Assembly: GCA_964016885.1 (NCBI GenBank)
Contig: OZ024742.1
Location: 335,048,001 to 335,112,000, forward strand
Direction of reading: 5' to 3'
DNA from: Eledone cirrhosa
Taxonomy: Eukaryota
DNA: 64,000 bases
Position numbers and translations under genes: made by a program. Below, in pieces: positions 13,831 through 25,100 of the stretch (within the stretch, counting starts at the first letter, position 1; each line of letters starts with the position of its first letter). The notes under the pieces are model-generated. The model was not told where the DNA came from. It did no database searches and saw only the letters and a list, made by a program, of their open reading frames with translations.

Positions 13831-14415
13831 AACTAAACCACCACGACCACCTCACCACCAGCACCACCACCACCACTACAACCAAACACCATGACCACCT
13901 CACCATGACCACCAGCACCACCACCACAAACAATCTACCACCACCACCACCACAACCAAACACCATGACAACCTCACCACCACCACCACCACAACCAAAC
14001 TACCACCACCACCACCACAACCAAACCACAACCACCACCACCACCACCACAACCAAATACCATGACCACCTCACTACCAGCCCCAGCACCAGCACCACAA
14101 CCAAACCACCACCACCACCACCACCTCACGACCACGACCACCACAACCAAACCACCAGCACCACCGCCACCACAACCAAACCACCACCACAACCAAACAC
14201 CACCACAACCAAACACCATGACCACCTCACTACCAGCACCAGCACCACAACCAAACCACCACCACCACCACCACCACAACCAAACCACCACCACCACCAC
14301 CACCTCACGACGACCACGACCACCACCACGACCCCCCCCCCTCCTACCACCACCGCCACCACCACCGCCACCACCCACCACCATCACAACGTCACCAACA
14401 ATAACAACAACATCA
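13831..14415. repeat. Degenerate (CCA)n low-complexity tract
   Basis: CCA/CAA triplets with recurring ACAACCAAAC and CATGACCACCTCAC words. Confidence 0.85.
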
Positions 14416-14562
14416 ATACTATAAAAACACATTCAACTAAATAGAAGATAACAATAACTTTTACCATTATCCAGCGATAATTTACAATTAACATCGAAAT
14501 CAACTTGGAGTACTTTATCTCCAATTCATCGTTTTTCTATTAGTCACTGTATATATTCTGGC

Positions 14563-14727
<165 letters not shown>

Positions 14728-15070
14728 ATTACACGAGGTGTATGTCTGCTTACATTGTTTTAATACTTTCTCTATATTTCTTTTTTAAGGAAACAGCATA
14801 ATTTACAAGACACTTTACAAACATTAGCTGGATATTTTACTTCGGAGCAGACTTGGCAAAAATTAACAATTCGTTGCTTATTTTCGGATTTAATAAGAAT
14901 GGTTAACATTCTATTATGATAATTAGTTTTATATATTTATGCATGAATACAAATGTGTAGGTATGTATGTATTTGTGTCAGTATGTGACTACGTTGGTAT
15001 GTATGTGTGTTTTTATGTAAATATGTATGTATGTAACTGTGTAAGTATGTATTTATATATTTATGTCAGT

Positions 15071-15733
15071 ATAATAATAATAATGAAAATATTGTGTACA
15101 GTGCTCAGGTGCACTACAACTCATCAAAAGTGTATGTATAGTACATAGGGTAATGTACAAACGTTAGGAAAATAAACAGTGCATGAGTCATGATATACAC
15201 ATGTGTGCATGTGTATGGAAAGGGGACATCAGGTGTAGTTTTGGCGAATTTCGGGAAACATGAGAGTTTTAAAGGATGCAGTGTCTCGGCAGCTAACAAC
15301 TGACGCAAGCAGTTTGTTCCATGCTTCAGCAACTCTAAGCGTGAAAAAATGTTTCCGAAAGTCATGGGAGCTGTGCTGTTTTCTGACTTTGTAGGCATGT
15401 CCACGTGTGTTAGACACATGGAGATCAAAAAGGTGCTCAGGGTTGTTGTTGGCGAGATGGTTAATAACTTTGTGAGTGTTTACCAAGTCCATTGCCAGAC
15501 GTCGGAGCTTCATGAATCCATGCCCAGGGAAGCAAGGCGTTCAGAGTATGGTAGGTGTCTGATGGAGGGTATGCGCTTGGTTGCACGTCTCTGAACAGTT
15601 TCCAGGAGGTCAATGTTCTGAGTAAGATAGGGGTTCCAGACTGATGATGCGAATTCCAAGTGTGGTCGTACCATAGCTGTATACAGCTTTAAATAGATGG
15701 CTGGAGAGCGGCTAACAAAGGTCTTGCTGAGTG
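15071..15733 (-). mobile_element. CR1/L2-group LINE 3' fragment with (ATT)n tail, inserted in (TATG)n
   Basis: The minus strand translates LKLYTAMVRPHLEFASSVWNPYLTQNIDLLETVQRRATKRIP…YSERLASLG, then after a 1-bp frameshift near 15512 KLRRL…TRGHAYKV…RKHFFTLRVAEAWNKL…SFK. This is a typical CR1 ORF2 C-terminus. The tail ATAATAATAATAAT is at 15071. Confidence 0.9.
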
Positions 15734-16172
15734 TATGTGACTACGTAGGTATGTATGTGTGTTTTTATGTAAATATGTATGTATGAACGTATGTGAACAT
15801 ATGACTATGTGTGTATGTATGTGTGCATGTGTGTATGTATGTGTGTGTGTGTAAGTATGTATGTATGTAAGTATGTATGTATGTAAGTGTGTATGTATGT
15901 AAGTATATATGTGTGTATGTATGTAAGTGTGTATGTATGTAAGTTTGTATGTAAATATGTATGTATGTACGAGACTGTATCTATGTATGTATGTGACTAT
16001 GTATGTATTTGACAATGTATTTATGTATGACTCTGTATGTATGTATGTATGTATGTTTGTATGTAGCTCTGTATGACAATGTATGTATGTATGTATGTAT
16101 GTTTGTATGTAGCTATGTATGACAATGTATGTATGCATGTATGTATGTTTGTATGTAGTATGTTTGTATGTA
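15734..16172. repeat. Degenerate (TATG)n microsatellite (also 14940-15070)
   Basis: TATG-based run with variants. Confidence 0.9.
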
Positions 16173-16762
16173 GCTACTGGTAACATGTATTCCAGTACAA
16201 CCTGTCCCATGGTCGAGTCGTTGGTACTCTAACTGGCAACCCCACCAAGGTTTCTTGGTGAGGAGGGTAACTTTGGACATCCTGCAGGACTAAAAACAAA
16301 ACCTGTCAAAAGGGCAAAGGAGCTCTTAGGAGTCAATGGCCATCCAAAATCACCGGGAGAGATGACTCCTTAGCCTTTGTCAAGGTAGAATTCTAGGAGA
16401 AGGAAAACTCTGATATAACACCTGCAACCCTGATGGTATCCAATGATGTTGACTTGTTCTCTTAGGTAAATATCATCTTGGGTTAAGAGAGTGGGACTGG
16501 CTTTGTGCAGTGACTTTGCTCACTATAAAAGCTTCACGGCACAGGCATTGCTTTATATCTGGAGATTTCTCTACACTTGTCGTCACATAGTACCAAGGGC
16601 CCAGCACTATGTGTCAATAATTGTCACAGGTATAGTTTTTGTACCAGAGTTTTCCGTCTCTGGCTGGACTAAAATGTCACACTCGTTCAGCGCATCGTTA
16701 GGGGTTCTTCTAAATGGATATAAAGTAGTGGCCGTAGTCGAAAACGAGTTGGCAGCCACCAT
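16173..16762 (+). mobile_element. RTE-derived non-autonomous element, copy 1 (slightly 5'-truncated)
   Basis: Near-identical to 16876-17485 from GCTACTGG to the 3' end GAGTTGGCAGCCACCAT. Confidence 0.85.
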
Positions 16763-16875
16763 GTAGCTATGTATGTTTGTATGTAGCTATGTAGTATGTA
16801 TGTAGCTATGTATGTTTGTATGTAGCTATGTAGTATGTATGTAGCTATGTATGTTTGTATGTAGCTATGTAGTAT

Positions 16876-17485
16876 GTCAGGTCACCAGTTGGTGCTACTG
16901 GTAACATGTATACCAGTACAACCTGTCTCATGGTCGGGTTGTTGGCGACTAAACTGGCAACCCCACCAAGGTTTCTTGGTGAGGAGGGTGACTTTGGACA
17001 TCCTGCAGAACTAAAAACAAAACCTGTCAAAGGGCAAAGGAGCTCTTAAGAGTCAATGTCCATCCAAAATCACCGGGAGAGATGACCTCTTAGCCTTTGT
17101 CAAGGCAGAATTCTAGGAGAAGGAAAACTCTGATATAACACCTGCAACTCTGATGGTATCCAATGATGTTGATTTGTTCTCCTTTTTGGTAAATATCATC
17201 TTCGTTAAGAGAGTGGGACTGGCTTTGTGCAGTGACTTTGCTCACTATAAAAGCTTCACGGCACAGGCATTGCTTTATATCTGGAGATCTCTCTACACTT
17301 GTCGTTACATGGTACCATGGGCCCAGCACTATGTGTCAATAATTGTCACAAGTGTAGTGTTTGTACCAGAGTTTTCAAGTCGCTGGCTGGACTAAAAAGT
17401 CACACTCGTTCAGCGCATCGGTAGGGGTTCTCCTACATGGATATAAAGTAGTGGCCGTACTCGAAAATGAGTTGGCAGCCACCAT
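16876..17485 (+). mobile_element. RTE-derived non-autonomous element, copy 2 (full, 610 bp)
   Basis: Starts GTCAGGTCACCAGTTGG. Contains CTAGGAGAAGGAAAACTCTGA (resembles RTE 5'-region motifs) and codons CSVCTRVFKSLAGLKSHTRSAHR* (17353-17424, RTE-type C-terminal C2H2 finger). Ends GCAGCCACCAT + (GTAT)n. Confidence 0.85.
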
Positions 17486-17631
17486 GTATGTATGTATGTA
17501 TGTATGTATGTATGTGTGTATGTATATGTGTATATATGTATCTATATATGTATGTATATATATATGGATGTATGTATGTATATGTGTATGTATGTATGTA
17601 GTGTATGTATATATGTATGTATATATATATG

Positions 17632-17850
17632 TTCACGGCACAGGCATTGCTTTATATCTGGAGATCTCTCTGCACTTGTCGTCACATGGTACCATGGGCC
17701 AAGCACTATGTGTCAATAGTTATCAAAAGTGTAGTGTTTATGCCAGAGTTTTCAAGTCGCTGGCTGGCCTAAAAAGTCACGCTCGTTTGGGGTTTTCCTA
17801 CATGGATGTAAAGTAGTGGCCGTACTCGAAAACGAGTTGGCAGCCACCAT
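17632..17850 (+). mobile_element. RTE-derived element, copy 3 (5'-truncated)
   Basis: 3' ~220 bp only, with the same terminus and tail. Confidence 0.85.
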
Positions 17851-17872
17851 ATATGTATGTATATATGTATGT

Positions 17873-18347
17873 CCGGTGAGATGACCTCTTAGCCTTTGTC
17901 AAGGCAGAATTCTAGGAGAAGGAAAACTCTGATATAACACCTGCCACCCTGATGGTATCCAATGATGTTGATTTGTTCTTCTTTTTGGTAAATATCATCT
18001 TGGTAAAGAGAGTGTGTCTGGCTTTGTGCAGTGCCTTTGCTCACTATAAAAGCTTCACGGCACAGGCATTGCTTTATATCTGGAGATCTCTCTGCACTTG
18101 TCGTCACATGGTACCATGGGCCTAGCACTATGTGTCAATAATTGTCGCAAGTGTAGTGTTTGTACCAGAGTTTTCAAGTCGCTGGCTGGACTAAAAAGTC
18201 ACACTCGTTCAGCGCATCGGTAGGGGTTCTCCTACATGGATATAAAGTAGTGGCCGTACTCGAAAACGAGTTGGCAGCCACCATGTATGTATGTATGTAT
18301 GTATGTATGTATGTATGTATGTATGTATGTATGTATGTATGTATGTA
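17873..18347 (+). mobile_element. RTE-derived element, copy 4 (5'-truncated) plus pure (GTAT)n tail 18285-18347
   Basis: 3' ~410 bp with the same terminus. Confidence 0.85.
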
Positions 18348-18354
18348 TTATGTG

Positions 18355-18676
18355 TGAAACCCCGTGGACTTATGGTTCGGGAATTCGGTTCACGATCGTA
18401 AGGTCGAAAGTTCGATTGCCAGCGGTAAATTGTGTCCTTGAGCAAGACACTTTATTTCACGTTGCCCCACTCCACTCAGCTAGCAAAAAGGAGTTGTACC
18501 TATAATTTGAAGGGTCGCCTTGTCATATTCAGTGTCACGCCGAATCTCCCTCAGAATTATGTTAAGGGTACGTGTACTTGTGGAATACTCAGCCACTTGC
18601 ATGTTAATAACATGAGCAGGCTGTTCCGTCGATTGGATCAAGTGCAACACTCGTCGTCGTAACCGACGGAGTGCCT
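18355..18676 (+). mobile_element. tRNA-derived SINE family A, near full length
   Basis: tRNA-like head (…CACGATCGTAAGGTCGAAAGTTCGATTGCC), GTGTCCTTGAGCAAGACACTTTATTTCACGTTG central domain, end CGTCGTAACCGACGGAGTGCC. Confidence 0.85.
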
Positions 18677-18699
18677 TCCTTTCCTAGTATTATGTGTGT

Positions 18700-18800
18700 A
18701 GGCGCATGCGTATTTGTATACGAAGCTTCTCAACTACCTGGTGTCAGGGTCAGTCCTACAGAGCGGCAGCTTAAACGTGTGTCTTCTACTATAGCTTGGT
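18700..18800 (+). mobile_element. Decayed SINE 5' part (third family)
   Basis: GGCGCA…GAAGCTTCTCAAC…GGGTCAGTCC…GTGTCTTCTACTATAGC; tRNA-like head plus CORE-like domain, heavily diverged. Confidence 0.45.
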
Positions 18801-18817
18801 CGTAGAGGTGCTGTTTA

Positions 18818-19110
18818 TGATGGTGGTGGTGGTGGTGGTGGTGCTGGTGCTGGTGGTAGTAGTAATGCTGGTTGTAGTGGTGGTGGTAGTAATGTTAGTT
18901 CTGGGTGTAGTGATCTAGTAATGGCTATTGTGGTGATGGTAGTGGTGGTGGTAGTGCTAGTGGTGGTAGTGATGGTAGTGGTGGTGGTGGTGGTAGTGGT
19001 GGCAGTGGTGGTGGTGGTAGTGGTGGTAGTGGTGGTAATGGTGGTAGTGGTACTAGTGGTGGTGGTAGTGGTGGTAGTGGCGGTAGGGGTGGGGGTGGTA
19101 GTAGTAGTGG
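18818..19110 (+). repeat. (GGT/GTA)n low-complexity lead-in to the large satellite
   Basis: Imperfect trinucleotide run grading into the 24-mer. Confidence 0.9.
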
Positions 19111-22100
19111 TGGTAGGTGGTGTTAGAGAAGTGGTGGTAGGTGGTGTTAGAGTAGTGGTGGTAGGTGGTGTTAGAGAATTGGTGGTAGTTGGTGTTAGAG
19201 AAGTGGTGGTAGGTGGAGTTTAGTAGTGGTGGTAGGTGGTGTTAGAGTAGTGGTGGTAGGTGGAGTTTAGTAGTGGTGGTAGGTGGTGTTAGAGTAGTGG
19301 TGGTAGGTGGTGTTAGAGAATTGGTGGTAGTTGGTGTTAGAGTAGTGGTGGTAGGTGGTGTTAGAGTAGTGGTGGTAGGTGGTGTTAGAGAATTGGTGGT
19401 AGGTGGTGTTAGAGTAGTGGTGGTAGGTGGTGTTACAGTAGTGGTGGTAGGTGGTGTTACAGTAGTGGTGGTAGGTGGTGTTAGAGTAGTGGTGGTAGGT
19501 GGTGTTAGAGTAGTGGTGGTAGGTGGTGTTAGAGTAGTGGTGGTAGGTGGTGTTAGAGTAGTGGTGGTAGGTGGTGTTAGAGAAGTGGTGGTAGGTGGTC
19601 TTAGAGTAGTGGTGGTAGGTGGTGTTACAGTAGTGGTGGTAGGAGGTGTTAGAGTAGTGATGGTAGGTGGTATTAGAGAAGTGGTGGTAGGTGGTGTTAG
19701 AGTAGTGGTGGTAGGTGGTGTTAGAGTAGTGGTGGTAGGTGGTGTTACAGTAGTGGTGGTAGGTGGTGTTAGAGTAGTGGTGGTAGGTGGTGTTAGAGTA
19801 GTGGTGGTAGGTGGTGTTAGAGTAGTGGTGGTAGGTGGTGTTACAGTAGTGGTGGTAGGTGGTGTTAGAGTAGTGGTGGTAGGTGGTGTTAGAGAAGTGG
19901 TGGTAGGTGGTCTTAGAGTAGTGGTGGTAGGTGGTGTTAGAGTAGTGGTGGTAGGAGGTGTTAGAGTAGTGATGGTAGGTGGTATTAGAGAAGTGGTGGT
20001 AGGTGGTGTTAGAGTAGTGGTGGTAGGTGGTGTTACAATAGTGGTGGTAGGTGGTGTTAGAGAAGTGGTGGTAGGTGGTGTTAGAGAAATGGTGGTAGGT
20101 GGTGTTAGAGTAGTGGTGGTAGGTGGTGTTAGAGTAGTGGTGGTAGGTGGTGTTAGAGTAGTGGTGGTAGGTGGTGTTACAGTAGTGGTGGTAGGTGGTG
20201 TTAGAGAAGTGGTGGTAGGTGGTGTTAGAGAAATGGTGGTAGGTGGTGTTAGAGTAGTGGTGGTAGGTGGTGTTAGAGTAGTGGTGGTAGGTGGTGTTAG
20301 AGTAGTGGTGGTAGGTGGTGTTAGAGTAGTGGTGGTAGGTGGTGTTAGAGTAGTGGTGGTAGGTGGTGTTAGAGTAGTGGTGGTAGGTGGTGTTAGAGAA
20401 ATGGTGGTAGGTGGTGTTAGAGTAGTGGTGGTAGGTGGTGTTAGAGTAGTGGTGGTAGGTGGTGTTAGAGTAGTGGTGGTAGGTGGTGTTAGAGAAATGG
20501 TGGTAGGTGGTGTTAGAGTAGTGGTGGTAGGTGGTGGTAGAGAAATGGTGGTAGGTGGTGTTAGAGTAGTGGTGGTAGGTGGTATTAGAGAAGTGGTGGT
20601 AGGTGGTGTTAGAGAAGTGGTGGTAGGTGGTGTTAGAGTAGTGGTGGTAGGTGGTGTTAGAGTAGTGGTGGTAGGTGGTGGTAGAGAAATGGTGGTAGGT
20701 GGTGTTAGAGTAGTGGTGGTAGGTGGTGTTAGAGTAGTGGTGGTAGGTGGTGTTAGAGTAGTGGTGGTAGGTGGTGTTAGAGTAGTGGTGGTAGGTGGTG
20801 TTAGAGTAGTGGTGGTAGGTGGTGTTAGAGTAGTGGTGGTAGGTGGTGTTAGAGTAGTGGTGGTAGGTGGTGGTAGAGAAATGGTGGTAGGTGGTGTTAG
20901 AGTAGTGGTGGTAGGTGGTATTAGAGAAGTGGTGGTAGGTGGTGTTAGAGAAGTGGTGGTAGGTGGTGTTAGAGAAGTGGTGGTAGGTGGTGTTAGAGAA
21001 ATGGTGGTAGGTGGTGTTAGAGTAGTGGTGGTAGGTGGTGTTAGAGAAATGGTGGTAGGTGGTGTTAGAGTAGTGGTGGTAGGTGGTATTAGAGAAGTGG
21101 TGGTAGGTGGTGTTAGAGAAGTGGTGGTAGGTGGTGTTAGAGAAATGGTGGTAGGTGGTGTTAGAGTAGTGGTGGTAGGTGGTGTTAGAGTAGTGGTGGT
21201 AGGTGGTGTTAGAGTAGTGGTGGTAGGTGGTGGTAGAGAATCGGTGGTAGGTGGTGTTAGAGTAGTGGTGGTAGGTGGTGTTAGAGAATCGGTGGGAGGT
21301 GGTGTTACAGTAGTGGTGGTAGGTGGTGTTAGAGTAGTGGTGGTAGGTGGTGTTAGAGTAGTGGTGGTAGGTGGTGTTAGAGTAGTGGTGGTAGGTGGTG
21401 TTAGAGAAGTGGTGGAAGGTGGTGTTACAGTAGTGGTGGTAGTTGGTGTTACAGTAGTGGTGGTAGGTGGTGTTAGAGTAGTGGTTGTAGGTGGTGTTAC
21501 AGTAGTGGTGGTAGGTGGTGTTAGAGTAGTGGTGGTGTTAGAGTAGTGGTGGTAGGTGGTGTTAAAGTAGTGGTGGTAGGTGGTGTTAGAGTAGTGGTGG
21601 TAGGTGGTGGTAGAGAATCGGTGGTAGGTGGTGTTAGAGAAGTGGTGGTAGGTGGTGTTAGAGAAGTGGTGGTAGGTGGTGTTAGAGTAGTGGTGGTAGG
21701 TGGTATTAGAGTAGTGGTGGTAGGTGGTGTTAAAGTAGTAGTGGTAGGTGGTGTTAGAGTAGTGGTGGTAGGTGGTATTAGAGTAGTGGTGGTAGGTGGT
21801 GTTAGAGAAGTGGTGGTAGGTGGTGTTACAGTAGTGGTGGTAGGTGGTGTTAGAGTAGTGGTGGTAGGTGGTCTTAGAGTAGTGGTGGTAGGTGGTGTTA
21901 CAGTAGTGGTGGTAGGAGGTGTTAGAGTAGTGATGGTAGGTGGTATTAGAGAAGTGGTGGTAGGTGGTGTTAGAGTAGTGGTGGTAGGTGGTGTTAGAGT
22001 AGTGGTGGTAGGTGGTGTTACAGTAGTGGTGGTAGGTGGTGTTAGAGTAGTGGTGGTAGGTGGTGTTAGAGTAGTGGTGGTAGGTGGTGTTAGAGTAGTG

Positions 22101-25100
22101 GTGGTAGGTGGTGTTACAGTAGTGGTGGTAGGTGGTGTTAGAGTAGTGGTGGTAGGTGGTGTTAGAGAAGTGGTGGTAGGTGGTCTTAGAGTAGTGGTGG
22201 TAGGTGGTGTTAGAGTAGTGGTGGTAGGAGGTGTTAGAGTAGTGATGGTAGGTGGTATTAGAGAAGTGGTGGTAGGTGGTGTTAGAGTAGTGGTGGTAGG
22301 TGGTGTTAGAGTAGTGGTGGTAGGTGGTGTTACAGTAGTGGTGGTAGGTGGTGTTAGAGAAGTGGTGGTAGGTGGTGTTAGAGAAATGGTGGTAGGTGGT
22401 GTTAGAGTAGTGGTGGTAGGTGGTGTTAGAGTAGTGGTGGTAGGTGGTGTTAGAGTAGTGGTGGTAGGTGGTGTTAGAGAAGTGGTGGTAGGTGGTGTTA
22501 GAGTAGTGGTGGTAGGTGGTGTTAGAGAAATGGTGGTAGGTGGTGTTAGAGTAGTGGTGGTAGGTGGTATTAGAGAAGTGGTGGTAGGTGGTGTTAGAGA
22601 AGTGGTGGTAGGTGGTGTTAGAGAAATGGTGGTAGGTGGTGTTAGAGTAGTGGTGGTAGGTGGTGTTAGAGTAGTGGTGGTAGGTGGTGTTAGAGTAGTG
22701 GTGGTAGGTGGTGGTAGAGAATCGGTGGTAGGTGGTGTTAGAGTAGTGGTGGTAGGTGGTGTTAGAGAATCGGTGGGAGGTGGTGTTACAGTAGTGGTGG
22801 TAGGTGGTGTTAGAGTAGTGGTGGTAGGTGGTGTTAGAGTAGTGGTGGTAGGTGGTGTTAGAGTAGTGGTGGTAGGTGGTGTTAGAGAAGTGGTGGAAGG
22901 TGGTGTTACAGTAGTGGTGGTAGTTGGTGTTACAGTAGTGGTGGTAGGTGGTGTTAGAGTAGTGGTTGTAGGTGGTGTTACAGTAGTGGTGGTAGGTGGT
23001 GTTAGAGTAGTGGTGGTGTTAGAGTAGTGGTGGTAGGTGGTGTTAAAGTAGTGGTGGTAGGTGGTGTTAGAGTAGAGGTGGTAGGTGGTGTTAGAGTAGT
23101 GGTGGTAGGTGGTGTTAAAGTAGTAGTGGTAGGTGGTGTTAGAGTAGTGGTGGTAGGTGGTATTAGAGTAGTGGTGGTAGGTGGTGTTAGAGAAGTGGTG
23201 GTAGGTGGTGTTACAGTAGTGGTGGTAGGTGGTGTTAGAGTAGTGGTGGTAGGTGGTGTTAGAGTAGTGGTGGTAGGTGGTGTTAGGGATGTAAGGGTAG
23301 GTAGTGTTAGAGTAGTGGTGGTAGGTGGTGTTAGAGTAGTGGTGGTAGGTGGTGTTAGAGAAGTGGTGGTAGGTGGTGTTAGAGAAGTGGTGGTAGGTGG
23401 TGTTAGAGTAGTGGTGGTAGGTGGTGTTAGAGTAGTGGTGGTAGGTGGTGTTACAATAGTGGTAGTAGGTGGTATTAGAGTAGTGGTGGTAGGTGGTGTT
23501 ATAGTAGTGGTGGTAGGTGGTGTTACAGTAGTGGTAGTAGGTGGTATTAGAGTAGTGGTGGTAGGTGGTGTTAGAGATGGTGGTAGGTGGTGTTACAGGA
23601 GTGGTGGTAGGTGGTGTTAGATAGGTGGTGGTAGGCGGTGTTAGAGTAGTGCTGGTAGGTGGTGTTATAGTAGTGGTGGTAGGTGGTGTTACAGTAGTGG
23701 TAGTAGGTGGTATTAGAGTAGTGGTGGTAGGTGGTGTTAGAGATGGTGGTAGGTGGTGTTACAGGAGTGGTGGTAGGTGGTGTTAGATAGGTGGTGGTAG
23801 GCGGTGTTAGAGTAGTGGTGGCAGGTGGTGTTACAGTAGTGGTGGTAGGTGGTGTTTAGTAGTGGTGGTAGGTGGTGTTAGAATAGTGGTGGTAGGTGGT
23901 GTTAGAGTAGTGGTGGTAGGTGGTGTTACAGTAGTGGTGGTAGTTGGTGTTAGAGAAGTGGTGGTAGGTGGTATTAGAGTAGTGGTGGTAGGTGGTGTTT
24001 AGTAGTGGTGGTAGGTGGTGTTAGAGTAGTGGTGGTAGGTGGTGTTAGAGAAGTGGTGGTAGGTGGTATTAGAGTAGTGGTGGTAGGTGGTGTTTAGTAG
24101 TGGTGGTAGGTGGTGTTACAGTAGTGGTGGTAGGTGGTGTTAGAGTAGTGGTGGTAGGTGGTGTTAGAGAAGTGCTGGTAGTTGGTGTTAGAGTAGTGGT
24201 GGTAGGTGGTGTTACATTAGTGGTGGTAGGTGGTATTAGAGTAGTGGTGGTAGGTGGTGTTTAGTAGTGGTGGTAGGTGGTGTTAGAGTAGTGGTGGTAG
24301 GTGGTGTAAGAGAAGTGGTGGTAGGTGGTGTTAGGGTAGTGGTGGTAGGTGGTGTTAGAGAAGTGGTGGTAGGTGGTGTAAGAGAAGTGGTGGTAGGTGG
24401 TGTTACAGAAGGGGTGGTAGGTGGTGTTAGAGAAGTGCTGGTAGTTGGTGTTAGAGAAGTGGTGGTAGGTGGTGTTAGGGTAGTGGTGGTAGGTGGTGTT
24501 AGAGAAGTGGTGGTAGGTGGTGTTAGAGAAGTGGTGGTAGGTGGTGTTAGAGTAGTGGTGGTAGGTGGTGTTAGAGTAGTGGTGGTAGGTGGTGTTAGAG
24601 AAGTGGTGGTAGGTGGTGTTAGAGAAGTGGTGGTAGGTGGTGTTAGAGTAGTGGTGGTAGGTGGAGTTACAGAAGTGGTGGTAGGTGATGTTACAGAAGT
24701 GGTGGTAGTTTGTGTTAGAGTAGTGGTGGTAGGTGGTGTTACAGAAGGGGTGGTAGGTGGTGTTAGAGTAGTAGTGGTAGGTGGTGTTAGAGTAGTAGTG
24801 GTAGGTGGTGTTAAAGAAGTGGTGGTAGGTGGTGTTAGAGTAGTGGTGGTAGGTGGTGTTAGAGTAGTAGTGGTAGGTGGTGTTAGAGTAGTGGTGGTAG
24901 GTGGTGTTAGAGTAGTGGTGGTAGGTGGTATTAGAGAATTGGTGGTAGGTGGTGTTAGAGTAGTGGTGGTAGGTGGTGTTAAAGAAGTGGTGGTAGGTGG
25001 TGTTAGAGTAGTGGTGGTAGGTGGTATTAGAGAGTGGTGGTTGGTGGTGTTAAAGTAGTGGTGGTAGGTGGTGTTAGAGTAGTGGTGGTAGGTGGTGTTA

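Noticed and set aside
11216-14444. Thr-rich mucin-like and Pro/His-rich ORFs
   Set aside because: Triplet-based repeat; the alternating unit variants shift frame, and there is no non-repetitive coding flank.
17090-17395. Recurrent 79-80 aa ORFs in the 610-bp element (also 17889-18128, 62599-62904, 63436-63741)
   Set aside because: Conserved only because the copies are recent. Copy 1 disrupts them, they have no recognisable domain, and the meaningful C2H2 remnant is in another frame.
18355-18430. tRNA gene
   Set aside because: tRNA-like SINE head with degenerate boxes that continues into a SINE body; no full cloverleaf.
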